NCBI RefSeq assembly: GCF_009914755.1
Contig: NC_060941.1
Strand: one strand, 5' to 3'
Length of the DNA stretch: 64,000 nt
Origin: the human T2T-CHM13v2.0 reference genome, Homo sapiens
Position 1 is the first letter of the stretch, and every line of letters begins with the position of its first letter. The notes under the pieces are model-generated. The model was not told the DNA's origin. It did not search any database and saw only the letters and a program-made list of their open reading frames with translations. Position numbers and translations under genes: made by a program. Shown here piece after piece: positions 1 through 15,005 of the stretch.

Positions 1-480
<480 letters not shown>

Positions 481-545
481 AACAAACGATCCCTTCACCT
501 GTGATCATGTCAGCACCCACTGTTGTCAGCAAGCCTTTAGCAAAG

Positions 546-735
546 CAGTTCCCAAACTGCTGCATCAGAATCACTGGGATCTTTAAAAACTGCCAACACC
601 TGGCTTCCACCGTGACATTCGGATTAGGTTGCCATGGGGTATGTTATTGACATTTTTTTAGGTTCAAGTGATTCCAAGCGTTTTTTAAGTTCTTCAAGTG
701 ATCCTGATGTGCGGTGCAGTTTAGGAACCACTGCT
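546..735. mobile_element. MER5-type hAT MITE
   Basis: cagttcccaaactgctgcatcagaatcac...gtgatcctgatgtgc...ggaaccactg. Confidence 0.65.
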
Positions 736-1660
736 TTAAAGGGTTGTCCACTCCTGAAAAAGGGCAGTCCACTCCTACAAAGCTTCTAGCTGAGTTAATA
801 GCCAATCAGAGACATGGGTAGTGGCACGCAGGGTGGGACCTCTGTGCTGCCCAAGTCTGGGAGGAGGTGGGGAGGGTGAGGTGTTTGGGGAAAGGAGAGT
901 TGTTTTTGCTGCCTGGGTTTTGCTGTCTGGGTAACTCTGATGTTACCAAGAGTAGAGGAAAACGAAGTTTTTCTCCTTGCTCTCACCCAATTCAAGTCAA
1001 AAGAACACCTTGCTGGACTTCCTCCTCCCCTGCCACCTCCTCTTCTTGGATGACTGAATGAGTCAGGGGGCTTGTTTGTTAGGGAGGAAACACTGGTTTT
1101 CTCACCATTTTCCCCCTTTCGTTGAGCTTGAATGAGTAAGAAAACCCATTGTTTATACATGCACAGGTTGACACAAATAGAGCTTGGAGCTTCTGAAGAC
1201 TCAACCTGGGCTCCAGAGTCAATAAGACCAGGTCCCACGCCGTCTGCACAGCATCCAGCCAGATGTTACAAGAGAACCCAGCCCCGGGGGCAGGCTGGTG
1301 AAATCATCCCGGCCAGTGGACAGTCACCAACACCGGAGTGTTTGCCAAGGGAAACACCTTGTTTCCACAGTCCAAGATCCTCTCCTGGGCTGGCACAGAG
1401 TTGCAGAATTGGAAGAGACCTAAAGATGTGCTGTCCAGCTAAAAGCTCTTCCAGGGGAGGAGTCTGAGGCCCAAAAAGTTAGGGAGAGCCCAGAACCCAG
1501 GCCTCCTGCATCTTCACTGGGTTTGGTGGGAAGAGGCAGAGGAAGGAGTGGTCAGAGAAGATGCCAGCTTAGTGCAGACCCCTAGACACATCCCCACTGG
1601 CGAGAGAGGGCTTTTGGATCCAAGAGTCATTCCCATTTTTTTTTCTAAATAAAAAATTGG

Positions 1661-1975
1661 GGGCCAGGTGCGGTGGCTCACGCCTGTAATCCCAGCACTT
1701 TGGGAGGCCGAGGCAGGCAGATCACTTGAGGCCAGTTCAAGACTAGCCTGGCCAACATAGCAAAACCCCATCTCTACTAAAAATACAAAAAGTTAGCTAA
1801 GTGTGGTGGCATATGCCTGTAATCTCAGTTACTCAGGAGGCGGAGGCACAAGAATCACCTGAACCCAGGAGACAGAGGTTGCAGTGAGCAAAGATCGCAC
1901 CACTGCACTCCAGCTTGGGCGACAGAGGGAGACTCTAAAAGAAAAAAAAAGAAAAAAAAAAGAAAAGAAAAAAAA
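1661..1975 (+). mobile_element. AluS
   Basis: Full dimer + tail. Confidence 0.92.
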
Positions 1976-2262
1976 TTAGGAATGACTTTCCTTTGGGGTC
2001 AAGAGGCCTCTGCAGTCTCAGAGTCCTGCCTATTTGCTTGGTAGTCCCTTCCCTAAGCCACTGCTTAAGTCATCAAATACTGAATTTACCACCTGGGATG
2101 AAAGCTGAGATTTAAGAGTTGTAGCTGAACTTCCTGAGCGTGGAGTCAATGGACCTCTGAGAGAGAGGTGAGAGAGGACAAGTACTTGTGGTAAAGTCCT
2201 AGCCAGCTGCCAGGGGGGCTTTTCCACACATAGAGCCCCAGCTGGGCAGAAATAATGTCCTC

Positions 2263-2615
<353 letters not shown>

Positions 2616-3233
2616 CTAAGATGGACCAGGTTTGACTGATGCTCACAGTCCTGATTAATGACTGGTGTCCACCTTGGAGAGCACTAGACTGAGAGTAATG
2701 CAACCTGGCTCTACTCCTGGCTCCACCACTAACTGAGTGTGCTACTTGTGAGGGGAGATGCCATTTCCCACCTCTGGGGCTCATTCCCCTGTCTGGGAAA
2801 TGGTTATACTATACCAGTGATTTTAAATATTTTTAAAGCCATAGAACCCTTTATTCACATGAAGTTTCATACAGAAGACAGCATGTACAGCAGACAGAAG
2901 TGGAGCTATTTTTGTGGTTCCCCTGGAGCACATCTTCCCTTTTGCGAAGTCTCCACAGAACCTTGAGGGTTCCAACAAACTCAGTTTGAGAACAACTTGC
3001 CAGACTTTTTGTTTTAGCTCCAATACTATTTATGTCAGCTGTTGTTTGTTCACTTGGCTAATATTGGTTGGCATCAGTTGCTTGGCTAATGTTAACATTA
3101 GGTAATGTTCAGAAGGGTTCTTTTCTCAAAATAATGATCATGAAACCATATATATATATATTTAGCCAGTCGTTCCACATGGCCCCAAACATGTGCAGAA
3201 TGTTGCTTCTTTACACCATCCAATGTTGAGCTA

Positions 3234-3742
<509 letters not shown>

Positions 3743-5283
3743 GGAACCTCACAGGTAATGCTAAGAGACCAGGGTACCTAACTCAAGACCTTCCTTCCCC
3801 ACATCCTCATAGGTGGTGCTATGCTCAGAAGGCAGGATTATATTTCCTATTAACTCACTCTTAGCCCCCGTTTGAACCAAGGACACTGAATCCTAGCCTG
3901 TGTTAGAGCCCTCAGATCCCATATTCATCCTGTGTCTAATCTCACCCATCAGATACAGTCACCATCCCCACCCCACCCCCCACTGGACTATCATTGCTTC
4001 TCTGAACCCTGCTGGAAAGTGTTAGCCCTTCCCTCAAAAGTCAGGGTCCTAAATTTTCCCTCAGGCTGCCTCTAATCCTCACCTCTGTTCCCCTCAGCCT
4101 CTTGCCATAATGATCATTAGTAATAGCTACTGTTTATTGGTTACCTGCTCTGTGCCAGGCTCTGTTCTATGTATTTTACTGGTCCTGATTATTTTGATCC
4201 TCACAATAGTTCTAAAATACATACTATTATTATCTCCAATTTAAAGATGAGGAAATTGAGACACTGGGACTTAAACTTGCCTACGTTCATTTAGCAACAA
4301 GGTGGTAAAGCCAAGATATGGCCCTTGGCCCCGGCACCCATGCACAGAACCAGTGCGTCAGACTGCAGCTCACTCATGCTGCTGGTAGTGACTAGGAACT
4401 GCCATTTATTGAGCACCTGCAGCATCTTAGGCATTGCACTAGACACTTTATCATTTCATTGAAACTTCACAACTGCAAGAGGAAATGTCTTATTTCCATT
4501 TTCTAGAGGTAGAGACTGAGGCTCCAAAACATTGACTTCCCTTGATAAGTGGAACCGGGCAGGCTTCAAACCCAGGAGTGTTCAATGCATCTGTGGCCTT
4601 TCTCTGTCACTCTGCTTTTAAGGACAAGTACCTGCAGACATTCCCCACTCCACTACCTTTGAGAAAAATAAAGAAGGACCTACTGATACCACCCGTTCCA
4701 TAGAGCTCTTGAGAAATGTCGCTCAGGCTGCCCATGGTGGGGACAGGGAGGGGGCTTGACAGGCCTGACTTTCTCCATTGACCTTCTCTGGGAGAGAGTC
4801 ACGACCAGAGAAGGGATGATCACCCTTGGTTTCTGCTTTTCTTTCTTGGTTCTGGACGATCCTGTCATGTGACCTGCTTTGAGCCTAATAATCCTTAGGG
4901 GCAACATCGGACTTGGAAGGGAAGAAGGGAAACCAAGATAGAACCCCTGGACTCAGCCACATCCTAAAACCTTTTGGGACACTGCTGAGCTTAAGGTCTC
5001 AGGGTGGAGATGGGAAGGCAGATAGAGTGGGCCCAGGGTGCATGGGCTCAATCGCATACCACACCTTTGAGGAGTGCCTAAAATTAAGTGTAGTCACTGT
5101 GCTAGGGTGTACAACATCCTGTGAGGTACCATTCCCATCTTACAGATGAAGACATTGAGTCTTAGAGAAGTAACAGAACTTGTCCCAAGACATCTGGGAA
5201 ATAAGACTCAATTCAAACCCAAGTCTGTTTGATTTCAAAGCCAGTGGTATGATACACCACATAGGTACTCTTATTTTTTTTTT

Positions 5284-5915
<632 letters not shown>

Positions 5916-6939
5916 ATCCAACCAACATGTGTGTTCTTTATGATACACCACAGTGCTCCTGTGTGTTAGAGACTGTGGGAGCGGACACAAACAAGAGAAA
6001 CAGTCTGGCCTCTGCACATATATCTCTGAACAGCAAGGCATACTTTCCGAGGAGAGGGCTGGGGCAGTGGAGTTTCTCTTGGGGCCACAGCTCTAGCTCC
6101 TCTCTTAGGTGGCTCTGGCCAGGAGGCCCTCCTGTACCTAATGCTGTCCCATTTGGAAAGTCCCCAGCAGTTCTGGGAGCTCCAGCGGCTGCTTTGCCTC
6201 AGAGACAAGCCCTGGTAAACATAGGGGCCGCTGCGAATTTACTGGCAGGAGAGACTGAGAAGGAAGTTGACAGCCAAGAGGCAGAGAAGTGGGCAAAGCT
6301 GGTGCGTGTGTGCATGTGTGTGTGTGCATGTGTGGGTGTGGGTGGGTGTGTAGGGTGGTGCAGGACCAAAGCACCCAGATGCCCCACTGATCCTGCCCGT
6401 ACCAAAGTGCCGTTGCCACTTTGTTGGCCAGTGAAGACTCAGGGAAGGCAAAGGTGGCTTTGAGCCAGACAGGAAGATAAATCTCTCCCCTCACTCAAGT
6501 TATATAGTGCAACAGCAGGTCAAAGGGCAACCACATTTGCAATATTTGCCGCTTTACATTCATCTCATTTTTGTCTTTTTAAAGTCCAGGGCATGGTTAA
6601 GAGTGATGGGGGGATGGGGAGTACATTTTTAAACATTTAATTTTTTGTAGAGACGAGATGTCGCTATGTTGCCCAGGCTGGTCTCAAACTCCTGGCCTCA
6701 AAGATCCTCCGCCTCGGCCACTTTGTCTGAGCCACTGTGCCCGGCCTGAGGACACATGTTTGACATAAATAGTATTTACTAGCATTCAACAGGAAGGGTC
6801 CTCTCCTTTTTTTTTTTGGTTCTTTAGTTCTCGTTGCCGCTTGGTTCTTTGTGTTCCTGGGCTGGTTATGGAGATGGTTCCGACTTCACATGAAAAGGCT
6901 GGAAAAGTTGTGGGTAGGACTCTGGATGAAAGTCAGCCT

Positions 6940-8300
6940 AGGCGCCCCCGGACTCATTAGGGGGTGGAGGCGGCGGCGGACCGTGTGGGGCGGGGTGCGC
7001 AGTGTGAGCCGGGGAGCGCCGGCCGGAATCTCACAGTGCGGTGACAAAAAACCGTGAGGGTGGCGCAGAACGGGCAAGAGACTACAGCGCCTACCTGGCA
7101 GGGGCGCGAGCTCACACGCCGACTCCTGGAGTCCCAGCCAGGGCTGCCCTGAGCTGGGCGCGCCCAGGCGAGCTCCACCTCCGGAGGCGGGGCCGGCCGC
7201 GCGGCCATTGGTCGGCGCCCTGGAGCCACCTGCCCCTACCTTGGGGGCGGGGTTACCTGGGCCCCGCCCCGCGGCTCGGGTTCCGGGGCCGCGTCCCTGT
7301 CCTCCGCCCCCGCCCCCGCCCCGCCCCGGCGCGAGGCCCCGCCCCCGAGTCCCGGGGCCCAGGCGCCTCGTGATGTCACCGCAGCTTGATACAAAGAGCC
7401 CTTCGGCCCACGCGGGTCTCCCGGCAACGGGCGGGGGCGGGGCCGCGCCTTCCACTGGTGCCCAGAAGTGCGAGCGGCAGCGGCGCGGCCGCGATTGTTC
7501 CTGCGCTTCGGGGCTGCCCGCCGCGTCCCCGCGCGCCGCCGACCCGCGCCCGCTGGCTTCCGCGCCTCTGCCGGGGAGCGGCCCGCGGATGCGCACCCCG
7601 CCAGCTCTCGGGAGCCAGGTAAGCGGCGGCCCCGGGGCTGGCGCTCGCAGGGCTCCGGCGGCGCGCACCTGGCTCGGCCCGGCCCGCGGCCCCGGGAAGT
7701 TGGCGGAGAGCGTACTTGGCCTGGGAGGTCGGGTTACCTGAGCCATCTCGTTCGGCCGCGAGTAGAAGCCGCTGCCAGGTGCGCGGGTGGCGGCTCCTTC
7801 CCCAGCGCAGTTCCAGGAAGTGCTTTTAGTGGACTAGGAAGGGGGCTCGTCTGCTGGGGCGCCTCCCTGGGGACCCGACGGCGGGCCCCACCTCCGGCCG
7901 CAGCGCCCCTGCCCTCCTGCCCTTGCGGGATCGGCGTGGTACCCAGCGCCGTACCCTTGGGCCGGGTCCCCGAGGGGGCTGAGCGCCGCGAAGTTTTTCT
8001 GTAGCTCTTGGCGGCTGCACAGAGCCTGTTTCCTGGCTTCCCCCGTCCCTCTGGGATGGTGGAGGTGGGGAGTCCTCGGGGCCAGCCCAGGTCGTGGTGT
8101 GGGGCCGGGGCCCTGCCTCTCCCCAGCCGAGAAGCTGCAGTGGTGGGAGGTGTGTTGTGGCCCTTGAGGCGGCCGGTCTGGCCCGGTGGTGGGAGCTGTT
8201 GGCACAGCCGCTTCTCTGTGCGGGCGACAAGTGTCTCCAAGGTCCTGGCGGCGCAGTCTCTGGAGAGCGTGTCTGTGCTGTGGGGAACTGGGTTCCGACA
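6940..8300 (+). promoter_or_regulatory. RAB11FIP4: CpG island / internal (alternative) promoter of RAB11FIP4
   Basis: Very high GC and CpG density against a CpG-depleted background. Multiple GC boxes (GGGGCGGGG/CCCCGCCCC, 7240-7445), CCATTGG ~7205 and CRE-like TGATGTCA 7371-7378. Contains an ATG exon with a consensus donor. Confidence 0.9.
7589..7618 (+). CDS. RAB11FIP4: Alternative first coding exon of the short isoform (MRTPPALGSQ)
   Basis: ATG at 7589, 10 codons, donor CAG|GTAAGC (phase 0), in frame with the exon at 37428. Matches my recollection of the FIP4 isoform-2 N-terminus. Confidence 0.85.
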
Positions 8301-9898
8301 CAGCCCCGCACCCTACTCCTCGCCCGTGCAAACTCTCCAGTGCCTTCTCTTTCCCTTTTCCCTCACCCTGCTCTCCCACAGAGGGCTGGAAATGACACCT
8401 CACTCGCCCCGAGGGCCATGCCAGTTTTCCTTGACTGACCGATTTTCTCAAAGCAATGTGAGAGGTCTGGGTCCTGTCCCTGCACTTAGCCTCCACCAGG
8501 TCTTGGAGTGGCAGCACCCTGGGCTGGTTCCTGGTGATCCACCAAACTTCTGCCCTGCCCTGCCAGAGCAGGAGGCAGGTGGCATTGGCTTGGGCTTCTG
8601 GGACGCTGAAAAGCAATGGGGCAGGCACATTCCTTAGAACATCCCCAGGTCCTGGCCCAGCTGAAAGGTGGTTACAGTGGTTGCTGGGATGGGAAAAAGG
8701 AGACTCAAAGGGGTCGGAGGCAGTACTAATTGTGTGCCACTAGACCTCTGCAATGGGAGCGCTCTCACTCCCCCCCATATCCTCCCCCCACCAACTAGCC
8801 TTGCGTTGGTGGAGTGCCTGAGTCGCTGCCTTTGACTGGGGTCTCCCCCAGGTGCTGGCACCCTGGCACTGGCCCAAACCTTACCCTGCTTTCTGGCTTT
8901 CGGGGACTGTTGATTATGTTCCCAGGGAACATTACACACGGGACACTTCCCTGCCTTCAAGGTGTTTGCAAGCTCAGGCAGTCTGAATACTGGGTCTGCT
9001 CTGGGCCTGCCCAGCTCTTCTAAGTTGATTGCAAGTTGCCTGCAGTTGTCTTTGAGGTCCCTGTCACTTCACAGGGGAGAGTGTCGCCTGGCGGGGTGAG
9101 GGAAGCCGCTAGGGTTCTTCACTGCAGAAGGCAGCACCCCTTGGGCAAATGCGTAGTGGAGAACAGCTTCGGAATTTGAAGGGGGGGCCTGGACTTAGGC
9201 GAAGGGGGTGGAGTAAATGACTAAGGCCAGTAGAAGAGATAAGACTGGGCCGGAGGCGAGGGGCGGGACTAGCCAGGCCAGGTGAGCCAGCTGGAAGGCA
9301 TGACCTTTGCCCTAAGGGAGGTCTGTAGGAGAGACTGCCTGGAGCCTGCCCTCGGAAGGGACTTTTAGGCAAGTGGGGGAGGAAAAGCAGAAGAAATTAG
9401 AGGGCCCATTGGGTTCTAAGCCACCTCCTTTGGGGTTCCAGGGGCAGCCTGCACTCGGAAGGCTCTGGGCTGCAGCTTGAGATACTCCACCGGCCCTCAC
9501 TCTCCCTCCCGACCATCTGTGCCACTTCTAAAGCATGCTAGTGCCTTCCTAGCCCCTTCCCCTCCTGGTAGGCAGGCTGCTTCAGACCCAAGGTTTTCTC
9601 TTTGGCCGTTCACCTGGGGCCCTTGCAACTCCCTCCTTCATCTGTACCCGTAGGTATCTGGCAGTCCCCGATCTGGGCAGCCCGTTATGCTGAGGTTTTT
9701 CACAACTGATTCTGTTCTGAGGAGACTTCGCAATTTCACTTTATATGTTTTAGGTATGGGTAAGGAGGGGATGAAGGGGGTAGGAGAGGCTCCCAATGAA
9801 ATAGCAGGTGAGCAGTTCCCAGAAGGCAGGCATCTCCGAATGAGAAAGGGCATGCTGTTTCCTGGCACAGGGCTCATTGTGTTTGAAAAGGAAGCATC

Positions 9899-10202
9899 TT
9901 TTTTTTTTTTAATTGAGTTGAGACAGGGTCTTGCTCTATGGCCCAAGCTGGAGTCAAGTGGTGTGATCAGGGCTCACTGCAGCCTCCCACCCTCCCAGGC
10001 TCAAGCAATCTTCCCACCTCAGTCTCAGCTGGGACTACAGGTGTGTGCCACCCTGCATCTGGCTAATTTTTGTTTTTGTTTTTGTAGAGATGGGGTTTTG
10101 CCATGTTGTCCAGGCTGGTCTTAAACTCCTGGGCTCAAGGGTTCTGCCTGCCTCACCTTCCCAAAGCGCTGGGACTACAGGCATGAGCCACCACACCCAG
10201 CT
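9899..10202 (-). mobile_element. AluJ
   Basis: Alu consensus. Confidence 0.9.
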
Positions 10203-11532
10203 AAAGCATCTTTATCTGTTCGTGCCTGCTGTCTGGTGTTAGCAGTGGGGCACAGTGCCCTGGCCTTGCCAGGCATACAGAACCCCTGGGGCTGGACTCT
10301 GTCTTCCTCTGGGTCAGCTCTGCTGGCTCTTGACTCAGGAACTGGGCACCTATGGCTTCAAACACTGGCCTCGAAGATCAATGCCCAGTTACTTCATCTC
10401 AGGTCTCATGGCTGGATTATTGGGTGGTCCCATCCATACCAATTAGGCACCACAAGACAGGCCTGCCTATTTGGCAGTCCCACCTGGTGCCTTACTGGAT
10501 GTCGTACGATCTTTGCCCCTGAATGGTACCACAGTCTCCCTCACCAGGAGGCGTTTCAGGACACGGAGGCTTCCCCATTTCTGTTCGCTCAGCCCCCAGC
10601 ACATTTCCCAGTACAGGGCAAGTGGTACTGAATTCATTCACCAGATTCTTCGTTGCCTACTTTGTGCCAGATTCTGTGCTGGGCACTGGAGATACAGCAG
10701 TGAACAAAACAGACGAGAACCCCTGCCTTCAAGGAGCTCGCAGGATGGTAGTGAGGCAGGTAGAGCAGTAAAACACGGAGTATGGGAGTTGGCAGGAGGA
10801 AGAGCAGGGAAGGGGAGGGAGTGCTGGGTTTCAGAGTCAGACAGGGAAGTCCTCACTGAGAAGGTGACATCCAAACGAAAGAGGTTCAGGCAGAGAAAAG
10901 AGGAACTGCAAGGGCCCTGAGGTGGGACGGTGGCTGGCATGCTATGTCTGTCCACAGAACTACAAGACAGGATGTGATTGGAGAGCAAGCCAGGGCTGGG
11001 GGGACAGGGGACAAGCTCAGAGAGATGGGGGACCACCCAATGCTGTGACAACCCAGAATCCCAGGAGGAGGAGGAGAGGGGACTGACAGTACAAGTGAGA
11101 CTAGAAATCCACAGGCACGAGCTGCCTTCCATTGCTCTGCCCTTCTCAGAGCCTCCGCGTCGAGGGGATTTGGGCATTGAGGCATTTCTGGAGGACAGGC
11201 TTCTGTGGCCACTGCTGCCACGGACTTCCCTGCCCTCAGCTTGAGTTGGGTCAGACGAGCCTGTCCATGTGAACGTGGAAACATTTCCTGCCAGACTATG
11301 CTGTTGCCACCACACGAATCAAACCAGCAAAGGGCACGCCGGCGATGTGCATACAGCTGTGTCTCTGACAGCTGCCTGGGCCTGCCTGCTGTTCCCACGG
11401 GTCAGCTCCTGTCGGGTAGGGACAGGTCCTGCTCTCAAGGCTCATAAAGCAGCCAGCAGCCTGCCCGTGTTTTCCGCATTCTGGCCTGTGTCACCCAGGC
11501 TGTCTCCTCATCTCTTGTCTGATCCTCAAGGG

Positions 11533-11780
11533 TTCCCTGGCCTCCCTCTTCACTCCCTCTGCCTGTGGCAGGCAGCAGCACAGTTCTATGGGGTCCTAAG
11601 GACCCCAGGGAGTCACTCCCACATTTGAGCAGCAACTTTGGGTTTAGTCTGTCCAGGTTAGGGCCCCAGATCATATATGTGTGTGTACACACACGTGTGT
11701 TTGCGTGTCATGCGGCATTCGGATGGGGCATCCTGTTCATCCACCCCCCTGCTATGGGGTGGCTGAAGGTTGGGGTGCCC
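11533..11780 (+). repeat. Dispersed direct repeat, copy 1 (donor), ~250 bp of apparently unique sequence
   Basis: About 93% identical by eye to 13109-13359. Confidence 0.95.
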
Positions 11781-13108
11781 TCTGAGTTTTTGGTGGGTGG
11801 GGCTTCAGCAGGGTGTCTTGGCTACCTCTCCTGGCCAGCACATGTTCTCCTGGGAGGATTTGTAGCTTTGGGCCTGACCACGGTTCCAAGCACCATGATC
11901 TGGAGCCCACACTGGGTGGCAGGCTGCAGAGAAGGTGCCCCCAGAAGCCTGGACTGCACCCTTATCTGTTTTCATTTGGAGCTATTTTCTCATTATCTCA
12001 TGCCAAGTGTCTGACTACACATGGCAGTCCTTCCCCAAGTGTTTGCAGCTTCATCATAATACTGTTAATTGAATGGAATTTGTCATTGGCCAGCTTCTGT
12101 GGACCCCATTCAAGGCTGAGTGGATGCTGGGGGCGCCCAGCTGGCCTTGCTCAGAGGGGTCCCGAGCGTCTTGGTGCTTCAGGAGCTGAGCCCCCCTCAA
12201 GAGCATTGATGACCAAGAGCTCAGATTCTCAGAACCCCCCTGAGCACCCAGACAACCTTGGTGGTTACTTCTTCACTTTTTCGCATGACCTGGAAAGGAG
12301 ATGAGACGGGGAGGAGAACATAGGCAACCAGAAGGACGTGCAGCCTACAAGGGTCGTATGAAGGTCAGAGGGGTGGCTGTGGTGGCCCAGAGCTGTGGGG
12401 TCTGAGTGACCTCCAGCCCAGAACCGCCCAGCAGGCCAGTGCTAGTCATGCCAGCACTTCCAAACCCACTTCTTGACTGACCTTAAGAAATGGGAAGTTT
12501 TCCAACTGTTGGTCACATTTTTAATTGATCTAACCTGCTTCATCTTCCCAGACAAGTGGGTTCTTTCCCAACAATGTAAACATTAATTCAGATGAAAACA
12601 AAGCTCTGTAGAAGTTATTAATATCTGTGGCTCTGCTCATGGGAGCCTTTCTCTTTTGAGGTACCAGAAAGAGGAAGGCCTAAACAGAACTGGAGTGTGG
12701 GAGAGTGGGCGGGCTCTCTCTCTTTAGTCATCTGTGGTCACCCCCCACCCCCCTGCGCTGTGCAAGCCTGATACCATGGAAAGGGAACCCACATTTCAAA
12801 TAGCTGCTGCTGCTCCGGTGAACTTGGGGTAAGGGAGCTGAGGGGTGTCTACCCTCTGCACCAGACTCAAGTCTCCCTCCTAGAATAGGAGCGAGAATAG
12901 CAGCAAGTCCCTGCCCCCTGCTCCCTCGTTTTCCTGGAAGAAATGCCTACCTAAGACACAGACACCTGCATCCCACGCTTTGTCACCCAATGCCTGTTTC
13001 CTTAAGGAGAAAAAATGGGCGCCAGAAAACTTCTAGGTCTAGATCCTGGCTCTGTTGCTCGCTAGTTGTGGAACTTTGGACAGGCGACCTCACCCTTCTG
13101 ATTTCACT

Positions 13109-13359
13109 TTCCCTGGCCTCACTCTTCACTCCCTCTGCCTGTGGGCAGGCAGCAGCATGGTTCTGTGGGGTCCTAAGGACCCCAGGGAGTCACTCCCACA
13201 TTTGGGCAGCAGCTTTGGGTTTAGTCTGTCCAGTTTAGGGCCCCAGATCGTATATGTGTGTGTGCACACACGTGTGTGTTTGCGTGTCAGGCAGCATTCA
13301 GATGGGGCATCCTGTTCATCCACTCCCCTGCTTTGGGGTGGCTGAGGGTTGGGGTGCCC
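13109..13359 (+). repeat. Dispersed direct repeat, copy 2, inserted in a MIR (~13030-13480)
   Basis: MIR core resumes on both sides (...cacccttctgatttcactttccc | aacatgtagaatggggttgataatagcacctgcctc...). Confidence 0.92.
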
Positions 13360-13640
13360 AACATGTAGAATGGGGTTGATAATAGCACCTGCCTCGCAGG
13401 GTGATGGTGAAAATAAAATGAGCCATGGTGATTTAAGATGCCCAGTCTAGGTTCTGGCCTTTACTTAGTTGACACTCGTGGACGGTTAGATGGTTAGAGA
13501 GGCAGGCCAGTTTAGTACCAAAATGCCTTCAGAGTCAGGCTGTCTCTGGGTTCAGATCCTGGCTCTGCCCCTTGCTATTGGTGGAATCTTAGACAAGTTA
13601 TTTAATCTCTCTGTGCCTCAGCTTCCCCACCTGTAAAACG

Positions 13641-13720
13641 AGGATGAGGCTAGTACCTCCCTCACAGGGTTCGTGGTAAGAGGATGAGGCTAGTACCTCC
13701 CTCACAGGGTTCGTGGTAAG
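13641..13720 (+). repeat. Perfect 2 x 40-bp tandem duplication inside a second MIR (~13495-13780)
   Basis: aggatgaggctagtacctccctcacagggttcgtggtaag repeated exactly. Confidence 0.98.
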
Positions 13721-14714
13721 GCTCAAATATGTAAATGTATGAAAAGCACTTAAAACTGTGCTTTGGGGTGAGCTGTTATTCTTAGTTCCTGCAGGCTTCA
13801 GCTGGTTTGATTGTTGTGACTAATAACCTTCGCACCTAACAGAATGTCTTGCCGGGGAGTGTCATGGCCCAAACAGGAAGGTGGCAGCGGAAAAACTCCA
13901 TTACTCAAGGGCCTTTGCAAGAGAAGCAAAACTCTACTTCCTCAGCTTCTGTGGGTTTTTAAATCTTTTTTTTCAATTTTAATTTTAATTTTTTTAAAAA
14001 AAAAGTAGAAATGAGGTGTTACTATGTTACCCAGGCTGATCTCGAATTCCTGCCCTCAGGTGATCCTCCCACCGCGGCCCCCCAAAGTGCTGGGATTACA
14101 GGCATGAGCCTCTGCACCCAGCCAGCTTCTGTGTTTTTAACAAACCTTGCTCGGGCTCTGCAGATACAGATTCTGGGTCTGGGGTGAAGTGACTAGCATT
14201 TGTGTGGCAGTCTGTGAATGAGATGTCAAGCAGCTTCCGAGGTAACAGACTTCTCCCCAGGTTCAGTGAGGGAGACTGTACCTAGCCTGTCCTTCCAGAG
14301 GCTGCTCACACTGCCAGGCTGTGGCTGGCCTGCCAAGGGGAGGATGGCCCTCCACACCTCGGCCCACCTGCCCTTCACCTCCAGCCAGGGCCTGCCTGTC
14401 CATCCACCTGTGCCTAGCTGGAAAAGCTGGCTTGGAGCAGTGCTGCCCATCTGCCACTGCCAGCCCCCAGCATCTGCCTTATTAAAATGCTGAGGCTCTG
14501 GCTGGCCACAAGCCCCAGGAGATTTGGAGAAAAGCCAGACAAAAAGGTGCAGGCTGTGCCACCGCCCAGCCACACTGGGTGACTGCCCTTGGTAGTTAAC
14601 CACAGAGTCATCCAGCTTGGCTGCCCAGAGGTCTATAGCTCCACTCAGGCGAAGCTGGCTAGCCTGGCCTAGCCTGGCTGGTTAGGTGGGCAGGACAGCC
14701 TCCACTTGACTGAT

Positions 14715-15005
<291 letters not shown>

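Noticed and set aside
6886-8637. Many long overlapping ORFs on both strands (up to 286 aa)
   Set aside because: Expected stop-codon scarcity in a CpG island; the translations are low-complexity Pro/Gly/Ala/Arg with no domain. Only 7589-7618 has splice support.
11565-13345. Two paralogous-looking ORFs (AGSS.VLWGPKDPRESLPHL...)
   Set aside because: By-product of the 250-bp DNA duplication; an internal 2-nt indel breaks the shared frame, which argues against coding constraint.
13641-13720. Short direct repeats as a CRISPR-like array
   Set aside because: Eukaryotic DNA, no spacers, only two adjacent copies.
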